DNA of 64,000 nucleotides from Nemertoderma westbladi (GCA_032718475.1 JAUCBJ010003676.1:62001-126000), one strand, 5' to 3'; shown: positions 49,595-62,950, numbered from the stretch's first letter. The notes: generated by a model from the letters alone, not told the origin. Program-made: numbers and translations.

Positions 49595-49723
49595 CACCAC
49601 TACTACAGGAAACACCATCGCCAACATATCCTGGATTACATTTACAAGAAAAACTGCCATCATTATTTGTACAGGTGGCATTATCGTGGCAATTATCGGT
49701 ATTGGTAGAGCATTCGTCAACAT
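49595..49723 (-). CDS. Calcium-binding EGF exon (129 bp, phase 1-1) of the same host gene
   Basis: ttcAG|(D)[42 protein letters not shown]|GTAAG. Confidence 0.9.
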
Positions 49724-49979
49724 CTGAATCATAAAATATTAGGAATTCATTAAATTACCAAAATTAAAATTACAATAATATCAAAGCTATGTGGTGTTGA
49801 TTTAAATGGATTAAATTAGGCTTAAATTTCATGGAAAAGTTGAATTTGTGTTCTATTTTAATTATAATAAAATTTTTATTTTTAATTTTGTTTTTTTTTT
49901 CATTAAATTACATTATAATTGAAACTAGTATCCAAAAAGTATATAGAAAAATTATGTGATTTGAAGTTATTAGCAGCAT

Positions 49980-50730
49980 TAAACGAATGCAAACGAAAGC
50001 AGCATTATTGAATGTTTGCAACCGGATGTTAAAAGGCGAAAAGCCACCACCAATTTGGACTAAAGGTCAACTAAAGCCTCTCCCCAAGAAAGGAGACCTC
50101 GGTATACCAACAAACTATCGTGGGATCTGTCTGCTTGTGGTAGCTGCCAAAATGTACAATAAAATGATTCTATATAGGATTAGGCCCCACATAGAAAAAC
50201 TACTGCGTAATAGCTCAGATACTTGCACTACGGAGACTGATTGAAGGAATTATGTCAAAGAATCTCCCTGCAGTCATGACTTTTGTGGACTTCAAAAAGG
50301 CATTCGACTCCATCCATAGAGGTAAATGCTTGAAATCCTACGAGCTTATTGTATACCAGAAGTAATTGTTGCTGGTATTGAATTGTTATATTGTGACACA
50401 GAAGCGCAGCGCAGGTACTCTCACCAGATGGTTTTTCTCAACCCTGGGTGGCGTACTGCAAGGTGACACATTAGCACACTTACTATTTGTCATTGTGCTG
50501 GATTATGCAATGAGGACGGCCACAAAGGGTGAATATCTGGTATTCACACTTCAAGAACACAGAAGTAGTAGATATCCAGCAACTACAGTCACAGACACCA
50601 ACTTTGCGGATGACATCGCCGTGCTCTCTAATACTCCAGCAGATGCACAGCTTCTACTAGATAAAGTGGAGAGGGCTGCTAAGGAGGTTGGATTGTAATA
50701 CACTAGCAGATGCACAGCTTCTACTAAATT
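49980..50730 (+). mobile_element. RTE-like LINE reverse transcriptase fragment, decayed
   Basis: PKKGDLGIPTNYRGICLL, FVDFKKAFDSIHR, GVLQGDTLA, FADDI. Confidence 0.85.
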
Positions 50731-50739
50731 ATAGAATGT

Positions 50740-52444
50740 CCCCAATGCGAAAAGGTGAGCTGACTGCCTTGGCAGATAAGCTTTCTCTTAGCGCAGTGGG
50801 TGTTCAAGAGCACCGAATGCAGACTGGACAGACTGATGAGGTTCTGATTAAGGACATGGGGGGCGGTCAGCATGCATTCTTAACATTCCTGGGAGACTTT
50901 AATGCAAGTCTGCATCAATCACCTACATCGCCCTGGGTCTATAGCAATAGTGTTAACCGAAATTCTGTCCATCTTCAGGATTTTATCTCTGGAAATGGAT
51001 TGTTTTCGGCTGGAACCCAGTTCAAGAAGCGAACTGGAAAGCTATGGACTCATAGTGGACCCAGTGGTCACAAGTCCCAGATAGACCATATTCTGTTTCG
51101 TAGGAAATACAGGAGCTCTATACAAGACTGTAATGCATTTACACTTCGACACTTCTCCAGTGATCACCGCCTTATTGTGGCCAAGGTAAGACTTAGTCTG
51201 CGTGCTAGCAGAACAACTAAATCTGCCTTGCCGCGACATGACTGGTCCTCTCTGTTGCAACAGCCAAGTGTGAGATCCAGCTTCACACTACAGCTGAGCA
51301 ACAGGTATGAGGCTCTTGCCTTTGAGGCGGCAGATCACTATGAGGACTATACTGCCTTTACAGAAGCAGTTAAGTTAGCAGCTGCAGAAACAGTTCCTGT
51401 ATTCCCTCGAAACAGGAAAAGGGCCCCCTGGACTGACAACAAAATTCAGAAGTGCCGAAATGACCTTCATAAGGCGCAGAAAGAGTCCCGACTCAAACAG
51501 ACTACAGCGGCCAAGAATGCAGTTAAGGCTGTGTTAGCGTATTCAATTCCGCTAACACCCCACAAAGTAAGCCGTTAAGCAATATTAGGGGCCACGAGGT
51601 TGGTTACCCAATCTCGCGTCATCCCAACAAAGTGGGAAGGAGAAACACACAATAGGGGTCAGGGGCCATACCCCTGACAGAGAGAGAATAGCAAGGGCGA
51701 AGGGAAGCACTTCAGAGGGGGGCAAAGGGTGACAAGTAGGATATTAGCCAATGGGGGGAAGGCATCGGCTGAGTAGTGATTATATGGCCAACTGTGCAAT
51801 ATATATTACCGGTCGATGCAGCATTCATTCAGTTATCACAGTACAGTCAGGCAGAACGGTGACAGTTAGGACCGTCGCCGCCGTCACCATATTACCGGTA
51901 CATTACCATCATTAACTGCTATCTGCTATCATCCTATTTATACTGTATTTCATATATCAACAATAACGTCGGAGCAACACAAACTCTTTTCCATCACGGT
52001 GCGGCGGAGACGCGTACACAAACAACACCGGATAAACTGGGATCCTCTCGGGTCCCGTCACAGGCTGCATCTAGGTCCCTGAACAGGCAGTACTCTGTTA
52101 ATCTACAGGAGCTAATAAACCAACAGGTTGATGCCATCAATGATGCTGACGACAGCAGACAATCATCCCAGGCATGGAAATCGATCAACTTGCTTACTGG
52201 GCGGAAAAGCCAACCAACCACCAAGGTTAAGGCTGAATCACCAGCCGATCGCCTCAATGGTTGGAAAGCCCACTTTGAAAAGCTCCTCAATAATGACAGG
52301 GTATTGCCTGATAACTTTATAGAAGTAAAAGTGTCTGAGTCTGTACTCCCAGATATTCCCATTGGCAATATCTCCTTTGCAGAAGTGAAGGCTGCTGCAA
52401 AGAGCATTCAGACCAATCGTGCCAGTGGAGTAGATGGTGTTCCC
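50740..52444 (+). mobile_element. RTE-like LINE APE endonuclease-to-RT linker fragment, interrupted by a solo LTR and ended by BEL-3
   Basis: GVQEHR, LGDFNA, SQIDHIL, SDHRL; frame resumes after 52067 to RASGVDGVP. Confidence 0.85.
51532..52062. mobile_element. Solo LTR (531 bp) with 5-bp TSD GGCTG
   Basis: TG...CA ends; GGCTG at 51527-51531 and 52063-52067; removal restores LINE frame KNAVKAASRSLNRQY. Confidence 0.85.
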
Positions 52445-53274
52445 TGTTCGCGGTATTTCAACTTTTCATAATGCGAGTTGAATATTTTTTGTATTTATTT
52501 AAAATGATTATTCCGATATCACTACTGGGTGCGGGACCATGGGTTTTGGGCATATTCTATAAACTGGGGGCGATTTATGGGCGAACTTTGGGGCGACTTA
52601 CAGGGTACGGGACTAATTTCATGTTTATAAGGGCCAGGGGGGGATGGAAAATTCAAGCAGTATTCAGGTTAGCCTGATTACTATTACGCCCTGGCCAACT
52701 TCCTGCTGCCTGTAGAGGTGGATTTGGTAACGCGCCAGGCCTAAAGGACAAGGACTGCCCTTAGCGGTCCCTGGCCAACAGCAGTTATTACGAGCCTGAA
52801 AAGGACATCGGAACGCCAGCTGCTTGTGTCAGGGATTTGCGACGGGAAACGACAGCCCCCTTAGCCAAGCCGTACTGGTTCTCAATGACCGATCCCTTCG
52901 GGGTTCGCGAGGGGTGGGACGGACACGCGAATGGGTGGCCGACTTACTGAGGAAGGGTTTGACGAGGACTGCCCTTAGCGGTCTCTGGTCTACAGCAGTT
53001 ATTACGAGCCTGAAAAGGACATCGGAACGCCGGCTGCTTGTACCAGGGATTTGCGACGGGAACCGACGACAGACCCCTTAGCCAAGCCGTACTGGTTCTC
53101 GATGATTGTTCCCTTCGGGGTTCGTGAGGGGTGGGACAGACACGCGACGGGGTCGAAAGACAAAGGACTGGACTGGACACGCGACAGGGTCGACCGACAC
53201 CGACACTACGGCATCAAGACTAGGACCGAGGGAAAATCTGGGGAACATTAGTTAGGCTAAAATCTGAGCGAACA
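52445..53274 (+). repeat. BEL-3 5' LTR (830 bp) with internal ~214-bp tandem duplication
   Basis: TGTTCGC...GCGAACA ends; LINE frame stops at 52444; duplicated units start at 52751 and 52965. Confidence 0.75.
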
Positions 53275-54025
53275 GTGGGTAATTAAATAATATACTGTAG
53301 GGATTTATATTGTCGTGTATAATTATTGTGAATATTTGGTGTATATTGATTTGGGGAAGCCCAAAATTATTCTCAATCAGGATTGTACATTGTTACAGGA
53401 TTGTAACAGGGTTAACTACATTAAAGGATATATCCAACCAATGCAGCTTTTTCTCAACCGCAATCCTGCATCTAAGAAATTCCTCCTTCTCCACAATCAA
53501 TATCCGGTGACTGGCCGGGACTCCGTGGTCTGTAAAGCCCCGCCTCCAGCTTCGGTGTTTTTCCCCCCTGGTGTCGGGATAACGGCAACAAAATTGAGAA
53601 TAATTGGGTCAATTTTGACAGGGTGTCAAAATTGAGAATAAAACGCGGCCAACTTCAACTGGTGGAAGTTGAGAATCCTACAATACTCTTCAAAACTCTC
53701 TACGTGCTTGCCAGCACCCACTACGAGGAAACTCTGGTATTTGAGTTAAGACTAAGTCGTGGTTTAATTAATCAACAAACTCGATCTAACCAACTCGTAG
53801 TCGGCAGATCACATATTCGGAGAGTTGTTAACAGGGAATGGAAGTATCGATCATACCCATTGATATAATCCAAGTTGAGCCAGGAATCTGGCACGTCGAG
53901 GTTGAAGTACAAGGAACGAACGTCGGACGATTCAGGATTACCATTCGGGTGGTCCAAGCTGAGTACAATACCTATGAGGAACTATTTTACGACATCGCAT
54001 ATCTAGCTATCGACGAGGCGCTACA

Positions 54026-57000
54026 ATGATGACAAATAACGTTTCCGATACCGAGGAGATGGATCACCACACAGACTCGGAAACCGACGAGGTACCAAAC
54101 ATCAAAAACATGGCTCGTCGACTAGGTGCTCTCAAAGGCGGAGTCACTCGAGCGTACCAACGTATAGAGAAACAACTCAAGGGAGTCGAAACCCCCCTCA
54201 ACGAGATACAAGCTCAGCTTCAGAGTATCCGAAGTATCTTACAAAGACATGAGAGAATGATACAGGCGTACCAAGAACTCATCCCCGCCACCGACCAGGT
54301 AAATTATCCCAAATTGGAAGAACACGTTGCACGCCTAGACGAATTCTGCAAACAACACCGGAGGACCCTTAGCCTCGTAAGAGGCTACGAAGAACAGTAC
54401 TACAAGAGAGCTGAAAGAACAGACGCAGAATCAGTGCGAACCTCCAGCACCAGGACAGCAGTACATCGAAAGAGAACGGGGTCCTCTAGAAATCAGCACT
54501 CCAGCGCTAGGAGCGCGGTATCCGGTTCAGCACACAGCTCTCAAGGGGGTCAACCACTCCGAGACCAGCTATGAGAACGGAAGGCATTAGCCCTCAAAGC
54601 TCGGATGGAAGATGAGTATATTCAACTGCAAACCGAGCAAGATGTATTAGCCGCCGAAATGCAAAAACGAGAGGCCGAACAAGAGGCCGAACGGCAGGCC
54701 GCACAACGTGAACAGGAGGCTGAACAATGTGAACAGGAGGCTGAACTACGTAGACAGGAGGCTGAACAACATAGACGAGAGGCCGAACGGCAGGCCGAAC
54801 AACGTAGACGGGAGGCCGCACAACGTGGACGAGAGGCCTAACGAGAGATCGAACAACGTAAATGGGAAGCAGAAATGCGTAAACAACACGCCGAGGCCCA
54901 AGCGATTCTCATCCACAAAAAGAATGCGGATATTGCGAAACTCGCGGAATATGAAGCCGCACTTGTAGAACGAGATATCCAACTATACGAGGACTGGGAA
55001 AGGGAAATAGATCAGGAATATGAACCAATCCCGGTACCGGAGTTAGAGAAGTCATTTACACCAACAGCGGCAAAACTTCCGAAACCCGAGATCCCGCCTA
55101 CCATACAGTCTACGTTATCGGCACAAGCACCGGTGTTCAATCCCCCACCGATTACGCTGAAAAATGAGGAACCGTGTTTCCCATCCAACCCCACGACAAC
55201 GAGTGTACCCAAGTACGAGCCTGAAAGGGACTCGGAACGGGACGCCACTCCCCGATCCAACAACCCATTTATATCCACACCACAAACCCGTAGTCGCGTC
55301 ATCATTAAAACTCCACCTATCATTGATCCATCGAGTATGGGAGTGAGTGCCAATAACTATAACCCTCCGAGTCACTCCAGTTCAGACGACGTCGGTATTA
55401 TCCGGGCGTTGGAAAACCGCCTTGCCATGCCTAAAATGGAGATCCGCACCTTCGAAGGAGATCCCGTCGATTACCTCAGATTCAAGAAACGGTTCTTTGC
55501 GCAGATTGGATCAACGGACATAGCCGACGCACAGAAATTGGTATATTTATCGCAATACCTGGGTGACAAACCACGCAGAATTATTGCATGTTTTGAGGGA
55601 GGTTCTCACGAGGCATACTATGACGCATGGAAAACTCTAGATAAAAGATACGGAAATACCGGAACTATAATTAATAAAACTCTAGAGAGACTGATACAGG
55701 ACGCGGGATCACTAGGGGACCCACAGAACATCCAGGAATTCTCCGACTCTATGAAGGATGCCTACTATACTCTGAAACCCTTAAATAAGGAGGACCAGGT
55801 GAACAACATTCTAAACCTCCGACAGATCGCCCGGAAGTTCCCCGGATGGCTACAAAGTAAGTGGGCTTATAAATGCGTAGATCTCCGGCGCAGACATCCA
55901 GATCGAGATCCTAGCTTCCTTGAAATGTCGGCATTCCTGGACGATATCTCCGAAGCCATGAATGACTCGATGTTTTCAAAACAGAGTCTCGCCAAGTTGG
56001 ACGGAATAGAGAGCAACTCCAGGAGTAAGATACCCCCTCCGAAACCGAGATTCCGCCCCCCACCGGTGAGTACGATGGCCATCACCATGGCCAAGGATTC
56101 CGACGACGAAGACTACGAGGAACCGACATCCGCCGAGGAATGGGCGTGTTACGTTGCGAATTGGGCACCCGAGAGGGAAGGCATCACAAACTCCCTCCTC
56201 TGTCTCTTCTGTGGAGAGAAACATAAAGTGGAATTCTGCAGGAAGTTTCAGTTCGCCGAACTCGTCCCACGCTTCGAGGCGATAATGAAACACCGAGGAT
56301 GCTTCCGGTGTCTTGGAACAGGTCACTATGTTCGGGATTGTGACCAAAGATCGTGCAGTGCAGTCTGTAACGACCTACGTCATCACACGCTCCTCCACAT
56401 CCCCGCAAACTTCGATTTCACTACCCTCCCCTTTCGGATCGAAGCCAAGCGAAGAGGAGAAACGAACCACGTTTTCAAAGGAACCCGGACAACCCAACGG
56501 AGAGAAACCAACCCGTTTAAAATCTCCACCGATACACCACAAGTAACAAATATTTCAGCCACGATTAATCTTATAAATCGCCGCTACATGGTCTTCGCAA
56601 AGGTAATCCCAGTAAGGATTCAAGGAGTCGGCAAATCCCTGACGACGCTCGCGTTCCTTGATAACGGGTCTGACGGAACCATCATCTGACGGGACCGGGA
56701 TTTCCTCAAGCAACTCGGCCTAGAATATGAACCTTGTAAACGGCCCATACAAACCATCACCGATAACAGAGAGGTAGAGTCTGGGGAGGTGCAACTCCAG
56801 ATGGAAGGAGTAATGAAGGGCTACGAAACGGTTAAGTTAACCATCAAGAACGCCTTGGTACACACAGACCTCCGAGTGCGGTTCCGACAATCAGCCGAGT
56901 ACGCCCCCCTCATACAATTGGACCGAGACGATGTAGATCTGAGGTGTCCGCAGTTGGACGTAAACCGCATCACCCTACTGATCGGACTTGATACACCGGA

Positions 57001-60000
57001 ACTACACATCCCCACCGGAGATATCGCCCGATCTATAAAACAGGATGACGGATTTTATGCTGAACGAACAATAATGGGATGAACACTCTGCGGCATTAAG
57101 GAAGAAACTACTGACACCTATACCTACCTTCCCAAATGTCAGATTAAAGAGAATGCAACCTCCGTGGGTTATTGCTCAGCTACGGACCTTGACGAGGATT
57201 TGTTTCTGGAGACCGAGAAAACCCAACAAGAGATGAAGAAATATTTTAATCTAGAGACCCAGGAGTTCGCTGAAAAGGACGAAAACCCGTCCGAAGAGGA
57301 TCAATATTGTATGGACGTTCTCGACCAGGCCACGTTCAAAGACGGACACTGGTGTTCACCTATGTTATGGAAGGACCCAAACAAACCAATGGCAAACAAC
57401 GCCAGCATGGCACTTAGGCGACTTAAGGGGATTCTGCGCCGGCTGAATGACCAACCCGAGATAAAGGAGAAATATAATACCGTAATCCAAGGATATCTCG
57501 ACGATGGATTAGCAGAAATGGTACCATGGAATGAACTGCAAGGTGGTAAAAGAACATATTATCTCCCAACCCACTATGTGGTAGAAGCCCGGAAGGGTGG
57601 GAAAATCCGAGTGGTAAATGATGCCGCCGCTATGTACCAGGGCGAATCCCTAAACAGTCAGCTTTACACGGGACCCAACATATATAGTACACTCATCGGC
57701 GTATTGATCAGGTTCAGGGAAAACCAGGTAGCATTCACCTGCGACATCAAGGCCATGTTTCATCAAGTTCGTATGCTACCAAGAGACTCAGACTGTCTAC
57801 GTATCCTATGGACGGATAAAACACTAACTCAACAGGAGATTAGTCAACTTACGATAAAGGACGTAGACATAATGCGTATGGTCGTCAGGATCTTCGGCGC
57901 TAAGGACTCGCCGGTAGCATGCAGTGACATGCTGAAGAGGACGGCAACTATGTGCGAAAACGAGTTCCCTCCAACTGTCATAGAAACCATCCGACGATGC
58001 TTTTACGTGGACAATGGATGCGCTGGCGCAGATAATGTGGACGAGGCATATCGGCTAGCAATGGGGATGGTAGAATGTCTAAAGAAAGGAGGTTTTCCAC
58101 CCGTGAAGTTCAGATCCCATGACAAAACACTTATGGAAAAGTTTCCGGAGGACATCCGGCTGGAAAATAACAAAATGTATTCGGAGGATGTGGAACACCG
58201 TGTACTTGGGATTGAATGGGACATAGAATCAGACGAATTCATTTTCAAATATAAACCCCTACCCAAGCCTATGACAAAAAGGGGATGTTTGTCGATAAAA
58301 AGCACCATCTTCGACCCACTAAATTTCATATCTCCAGTAACCTTGGCCGGAATGAACCTGATTAAGGAAATGTGGATAGAAGGACTGGGATGGGACGAAG
58401 AACTCCCCCCACACCTCAGCGTCAAATGGAGAAAATGGACGGAGCAGCCGGAACACCTACATCTTATGCGGATACCTCGACCGTTCTTCCTCGATAAACT
58501 ACCCACCGATATCTTCCAGCTCCATACCTTCTCGGATGCTTCGAATACCGGAATTGGCGTAGTCACCTTCTTACGAAGACTCAGCAATGATGGAAACGGC
58601 GATACGAGCTTCTTATTTTCTAAAGCCAAGACAGTATCCGGGGAATTCGTAGCAACGATTCCAAGACTCGAGCTACAGGCTGCAGTTTGGGCAGTAAGAC
58701 AGAATCGCATGGTCATGCGGAACCTACGAATCCCCATCGAGTCTCAACACTTCTGGGTCGATTCGAGTATAGTTCTCTATTATCTCCACTCTCCATCACG
58801 GCGTCACACTACGTTTGTTGCGAACCGAGCCACGGAGATTAAACAGTGTACCGGCCGAGAACAGTGGCACCACGTGAACGGGAAAGAAAATCCAGCGGAC
58901 TTATCAAGCCGAGGCGCCACCCCAAAACAACTCGGTAAAAGCAAACTCTGGCTTACAGGCCCTGAATTCCTACAGCAGCCACAATTAACATGGAGTACCC
59001 GATTCGACCCCGTACTCGATAGCGGAAAATACTCCGAGGACAATAAAGAGATCCGTAAAGTCCATAGAAGCAACGCAGTGGAAATTTATAGTTGTCCGAC
59101 TGAGCCTGCAAAGGACTCGGGCAGGCACTATAACGTCGCGACGATCATTCAACCAGCGGCGTCTTTACATCTGTTGATCGAGCGAACCTCATCAATGAGA
59201 AGGCTCATCCACCACATTATAACCCTTCGCAACTTCCTACGGTGGAAAGACAACAAGCCGATAGTTCAACGGAGTATACAAGAACTCATTATCGCGGAGA
59301 AGTGTATCGTTGGATATGTCCAGAGAGAAAGTTTCCCCGATGAGTGGGAACAACTCAGTGCGTGCAAGACCTTGAAACCGGATAGCCCAGTCTACCAACT
59401 GAGACCAATGATGGGAGAGGACGGACTGATCCGACTGAATACCCGGATGGCAAACGCCCCGGTCGAATATGAGGTTAAATACCCGGCGCTTCTGCCCGGA
59501 ACTTCAACACTAGCCAAGCTATTAATTCAACAATGTCACGAGGAGAACCATCACGCAGGACAAAACTGGATTATAGCTAATATAAGACAAAGATATTGGA
59601 TCACACACATCCAGCCACTGATCCGGAAAGTGTTGAAACGTTGCTTTATCTGCAGAAGATATCTAGCGCCACCACTCACACAAAAGATGGCCGACTTACC
59701 AGCCACCCGTCTACAGCCCGATTCCCCACCATTCTACGTCACCGGAGTGGACTGTTTCGGTCCGTTTACGGTCATCGAACGACGATCCAACATCAAATGC
59801 TGGGTGGCCATATTTACGTTCCTTAGGTCTAGGGCAATCTACCTAGACATTGTGGTGAACCTTACGCAACACGCATTCATCAACGCTCTGCGTCGGTTCG
59901 TGGCAAGCAATGGGACATGTCGTCACATGTATTCCGATAACGGCACAAACTTTGTGGGAGGAGAAAGAGAACTTAGAGAGGCGATCGAGGGATGGTTTAC

Positions 60001-60709
60001 CGATAACACCGCATCCCAAGTCTGGAAGGAACACCAGATACAGTGGCACTTCCAGACCCCCTTAGCACCCCATACGAGCGGGGTATGGGAGAAACTGATC
60101 GACCTAGTGAAACGATCCATGCGCGTCGCTCTAGGAGACACCCGGGTAACCCATGACACCCTCCGCACAACATTCTGCGAGATCACGGCTACCCTGAACA
60201 ACCGACCCATTGTCCCTATCCGCGACGACCCCACAGACCTGGAGCCCCTTACTCCTAATCACCTACTGGGGAGACCTAAAACTCATGTTCTCCCAGAGAC
60301 AATGTTTCCGGATCCCAACGATATTGCGAGACATACAAACTGGAAGAATGCCCAAGCGTTGGCAGCGCATTGGTGGAGAATCTGGGCCCAGGAGTACCTC
60401 ATAACCCTCCGGACCAGGAGGAAGTGGAACAACACCTACAGGAATATCGAAGTTGGCGCCATGGTACTAGTAAAAGAAGACCTTAAAGACCGCGTCCACT
60501 GGCCTGTGGTGCGAGTTGTGACAATACATCCGAGTAAAGACGGACTTGCGAGGACTGTGACGATACGAACGGCAAAGGGCCACTACCAACGCCCTATCCA
60601 GAGGCTGTGCCTTCTTGAAGGCAATGACAGCGGTGACTCTACGAGAGGTGATAAGTTCCCTACTCAGGATCCTGCTGCGGACATTGGTGACAATTACAAA
60701 TGCGTTTAA
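54026..60709 (+). pseudogene. BEL-3 gag-pol, one frame with four premature stops and a YVDN RT motif
   Basis: ORF pieces starting 54026, 54605, 54875, 56789 and 57164 share a frame; knuckle CFRCLGTGHYVRDC, FLDNGSDGT, FSDAS, GVDCFGP, SDNGTNF. Confidence 0.92.
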
Positions 60710-60994
60710 ACCCTTCTCATCATGTTGGCAAACTTTTTAAACTGTGATTTATCGACAATGAAATGGACACCCTTAAACCAACTGTAACCACGCAATGGTA
60801 TTTGTGTTTCCTCGTGTGTTATGTGGAGTCCAACGTCACCCTGCAGATGTTTCGACTGACGCAGGGTCGTTTATGTATAGTTTACCCTGATTTTGGTCAT
60901 TGGGACCAACGCCATTGAATTATTGGAAATGGTAAAGATTTGAAGTGGAATTCATTGTATTAATTGCAGTATGTTATGTTGTCCGTTGCGTGAG

Positions 60995-61405
60995 CAGTTC
61001 GGGGCGTAGGCGGTGTAACGAGTCCAGCTGTAGATCGCGGATTGACGCGCAACACCCCCTCTATCCCATTATTCTGGTGGGTCCATGGTGCATCCACATG
61101 ACTTCGACGATAGAGGGTTTTATGTTTCTCAGTCGCGTTATTCTGATGGGACCGTTGCGTGGATTTTGGGGCGTAGGTGGTGTAACTAGTCCAGCTGTAG
61201 ATCCCAGAATGTTGCGTAACCCTATCCCACATGACTTCGTCGACTGAGCTTTATGTTGTTGGGAGTGTTATTCTGGTGGGTCCCTGGTGCATCCACGTGA
61301 CTTCACTTCCAGCGTCTTCATTGTCCGTTACGTGTGCAGTTTGGGGCGTAGGCGGTGTAACTAGCCCAGCTGTAGATCCCAGATTGCCGCGTAACACCCC
61401 TTCCA
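60995..61405 (+). repeat. ~170-bp degenerate tandem repeat (3 units) between BEL-3 pol and its accessory ORF
   Basis: GGGGCGTAGGYGGTGTAAC...CCAGCTGTAGATC at ~61000, ~61168 and ~61343. Confidence 0.85.
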
Positions 61406-61968
61406 CAACAAAGATTTCCCAAAGAAGATGATTGAATGTAGTTGGAAATGATGAAAAGAATCAGACAACTCTACTATAAACCTGAATGATGACGCGTATG
61501 ATGATGAAAATGTAATGATGCGCACCCTGGTGCTGCGCTTATAACAAATGATGATAGCCGGGGGGCTATAACCCCAATGATAATGTGTAAATAAATGAAA
61601 TGTGGAAATGAAATGTGAAATAAATGGTGGAAATAAATGTGTTGAAATATGTTGAAATAAATGAAATGTGATGAAATAATAATGAGAAATGAAAAAAAAA
61701 AGACAAAAAAAAGGTATAAAAAGTCTAAAGAAAAGAATTGGAAAAAAGAAAGGACATAAAAAGTCATAAAACTGGTTGGATATTAATGTATAGCTATAGT
61801 AACTGTAAATGCTGAATGTATTAGCAATAAGATGATAGATGCCTATATAGCAATGTTATTAATAAACTGAACTAAAAATAAAACTGAATTATTCTGCAAT
61901 CACTATAGTTTCAGACTTTCTGGACTTATAATTAACTGATCTAATTTGTAACGGATATAATCGTAAAT

Positions 61969-62950
61969 ATGGACCCAAATCGCCAAATTATCGGCGAATT
62001 ACGTAACACGATAGATCTACTGGAATATTCGCAACCTGGATCCCCTGACTTTGATACAAATTGGAGCACCCTGCTAAATGAGAACGTGCGAGTCGTTAAA
62101 TTCACCGGGCGAGAGGGACCGGATTCCAAGAATCTACGAGCCCTCCGGTTAGCCGATGCTAGTACGAGACTGAAAAGAACTCGGAACGCAAAGGCAACCG
62201 GAGGGGACGATTCGTCGTTTTGGGAAACGTTCCGGCAGAGCGTCTACAGATCCCGATGTTTGATCTACGACAACGAGGGAAACGCGACGCCCACCTCGAA
62301 AGCGATTACGTTGGCGAGATGTCAAAGTTTCGTCGACGACAAGAGTACGTACCTCGCCCACTGGGGAAACCTGTCAGAGTGTACGGCGACGCTTCGAGAG
62401 GAACGTATATCGACCATCCAAAATCGCGACGACTACCAAGAAAAATACGGGCGAAAGAATACGGTCGATCCTTAATCGTCGTCCTCGGAACCCTGGACGG
62501 TTTGGTATTGGTGTGTCGAATATTTCCGACACCCAGACAGGAAGTGCAGGCAGCCGGAGCGATCTGGTTGCTACCTCCGGAAATCCAAAAGATCCTCTTC
62601 GACGTCATTAAAATCGGGTCGGATATAAAGGCGGACATCCGGAACGACTACGCGAACACTCCTTCAGGAAGAAACCGACGAGACGACCTCAACGCCCTTA
62701 GCCATTGCGTCGACACTCAAACGCTACTAGCCTGGTTACGATTCGCCGAGTTCATGCGAGGATTCCTTTCATCCATGAGCCGTGGGCTCGAAAAATAGAC
62801 ATAAACGAAAAAACGCCATAGGCGCAATGATAAAAACACCAGCTGGCACTCATGAAAAATGGATAGAGATGGCCTAGTAATGCTATTCTATAGGAATGGC
62901 CACCTAACAAGGAAATGCTTTCTGTGCCAAGTATTATCCTCACTCTACAA
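61969..62950 (+). pseudogene. BEL-3 accessory ORF remnant: DEDD 3'-5' exonuclease homologous to the BEL-1 accessory ORF
   Basis: LIYDNEG vs MFYDNEG; LPPEIQKILFDVIKIGSDIKAD vs LPKAVRDVVLDKSIVKIGSGVRDD; CVDTQTLLAW vs YVDTRPLLLW; frameshift near 62470. Confidence 0.8.

Larger units (their letters stand above)
52445..62950 (+). mobile_element. BEL/Pao LTR retrotransposon BEL-3, decayed and 3'-truncated (no 3' LTR in window)
   Basis: LTR, gag-pol with BEL motifs, downstream exonuclease remnant, then unrelated sequence. Confidence 0.85.

Noticed and set aside
49532-49732. 66-aa ORF from the ORF track
   Set aside because: Wrong frame; the real coding frame is the EGF exon 49595-49723.
52751-53150. 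Ribozyme in the BEL-3 LTR duplication (cUUCGg hairpins)
   Set aside because: No hammerhead or HDV catalytic core could be assembled by eye.
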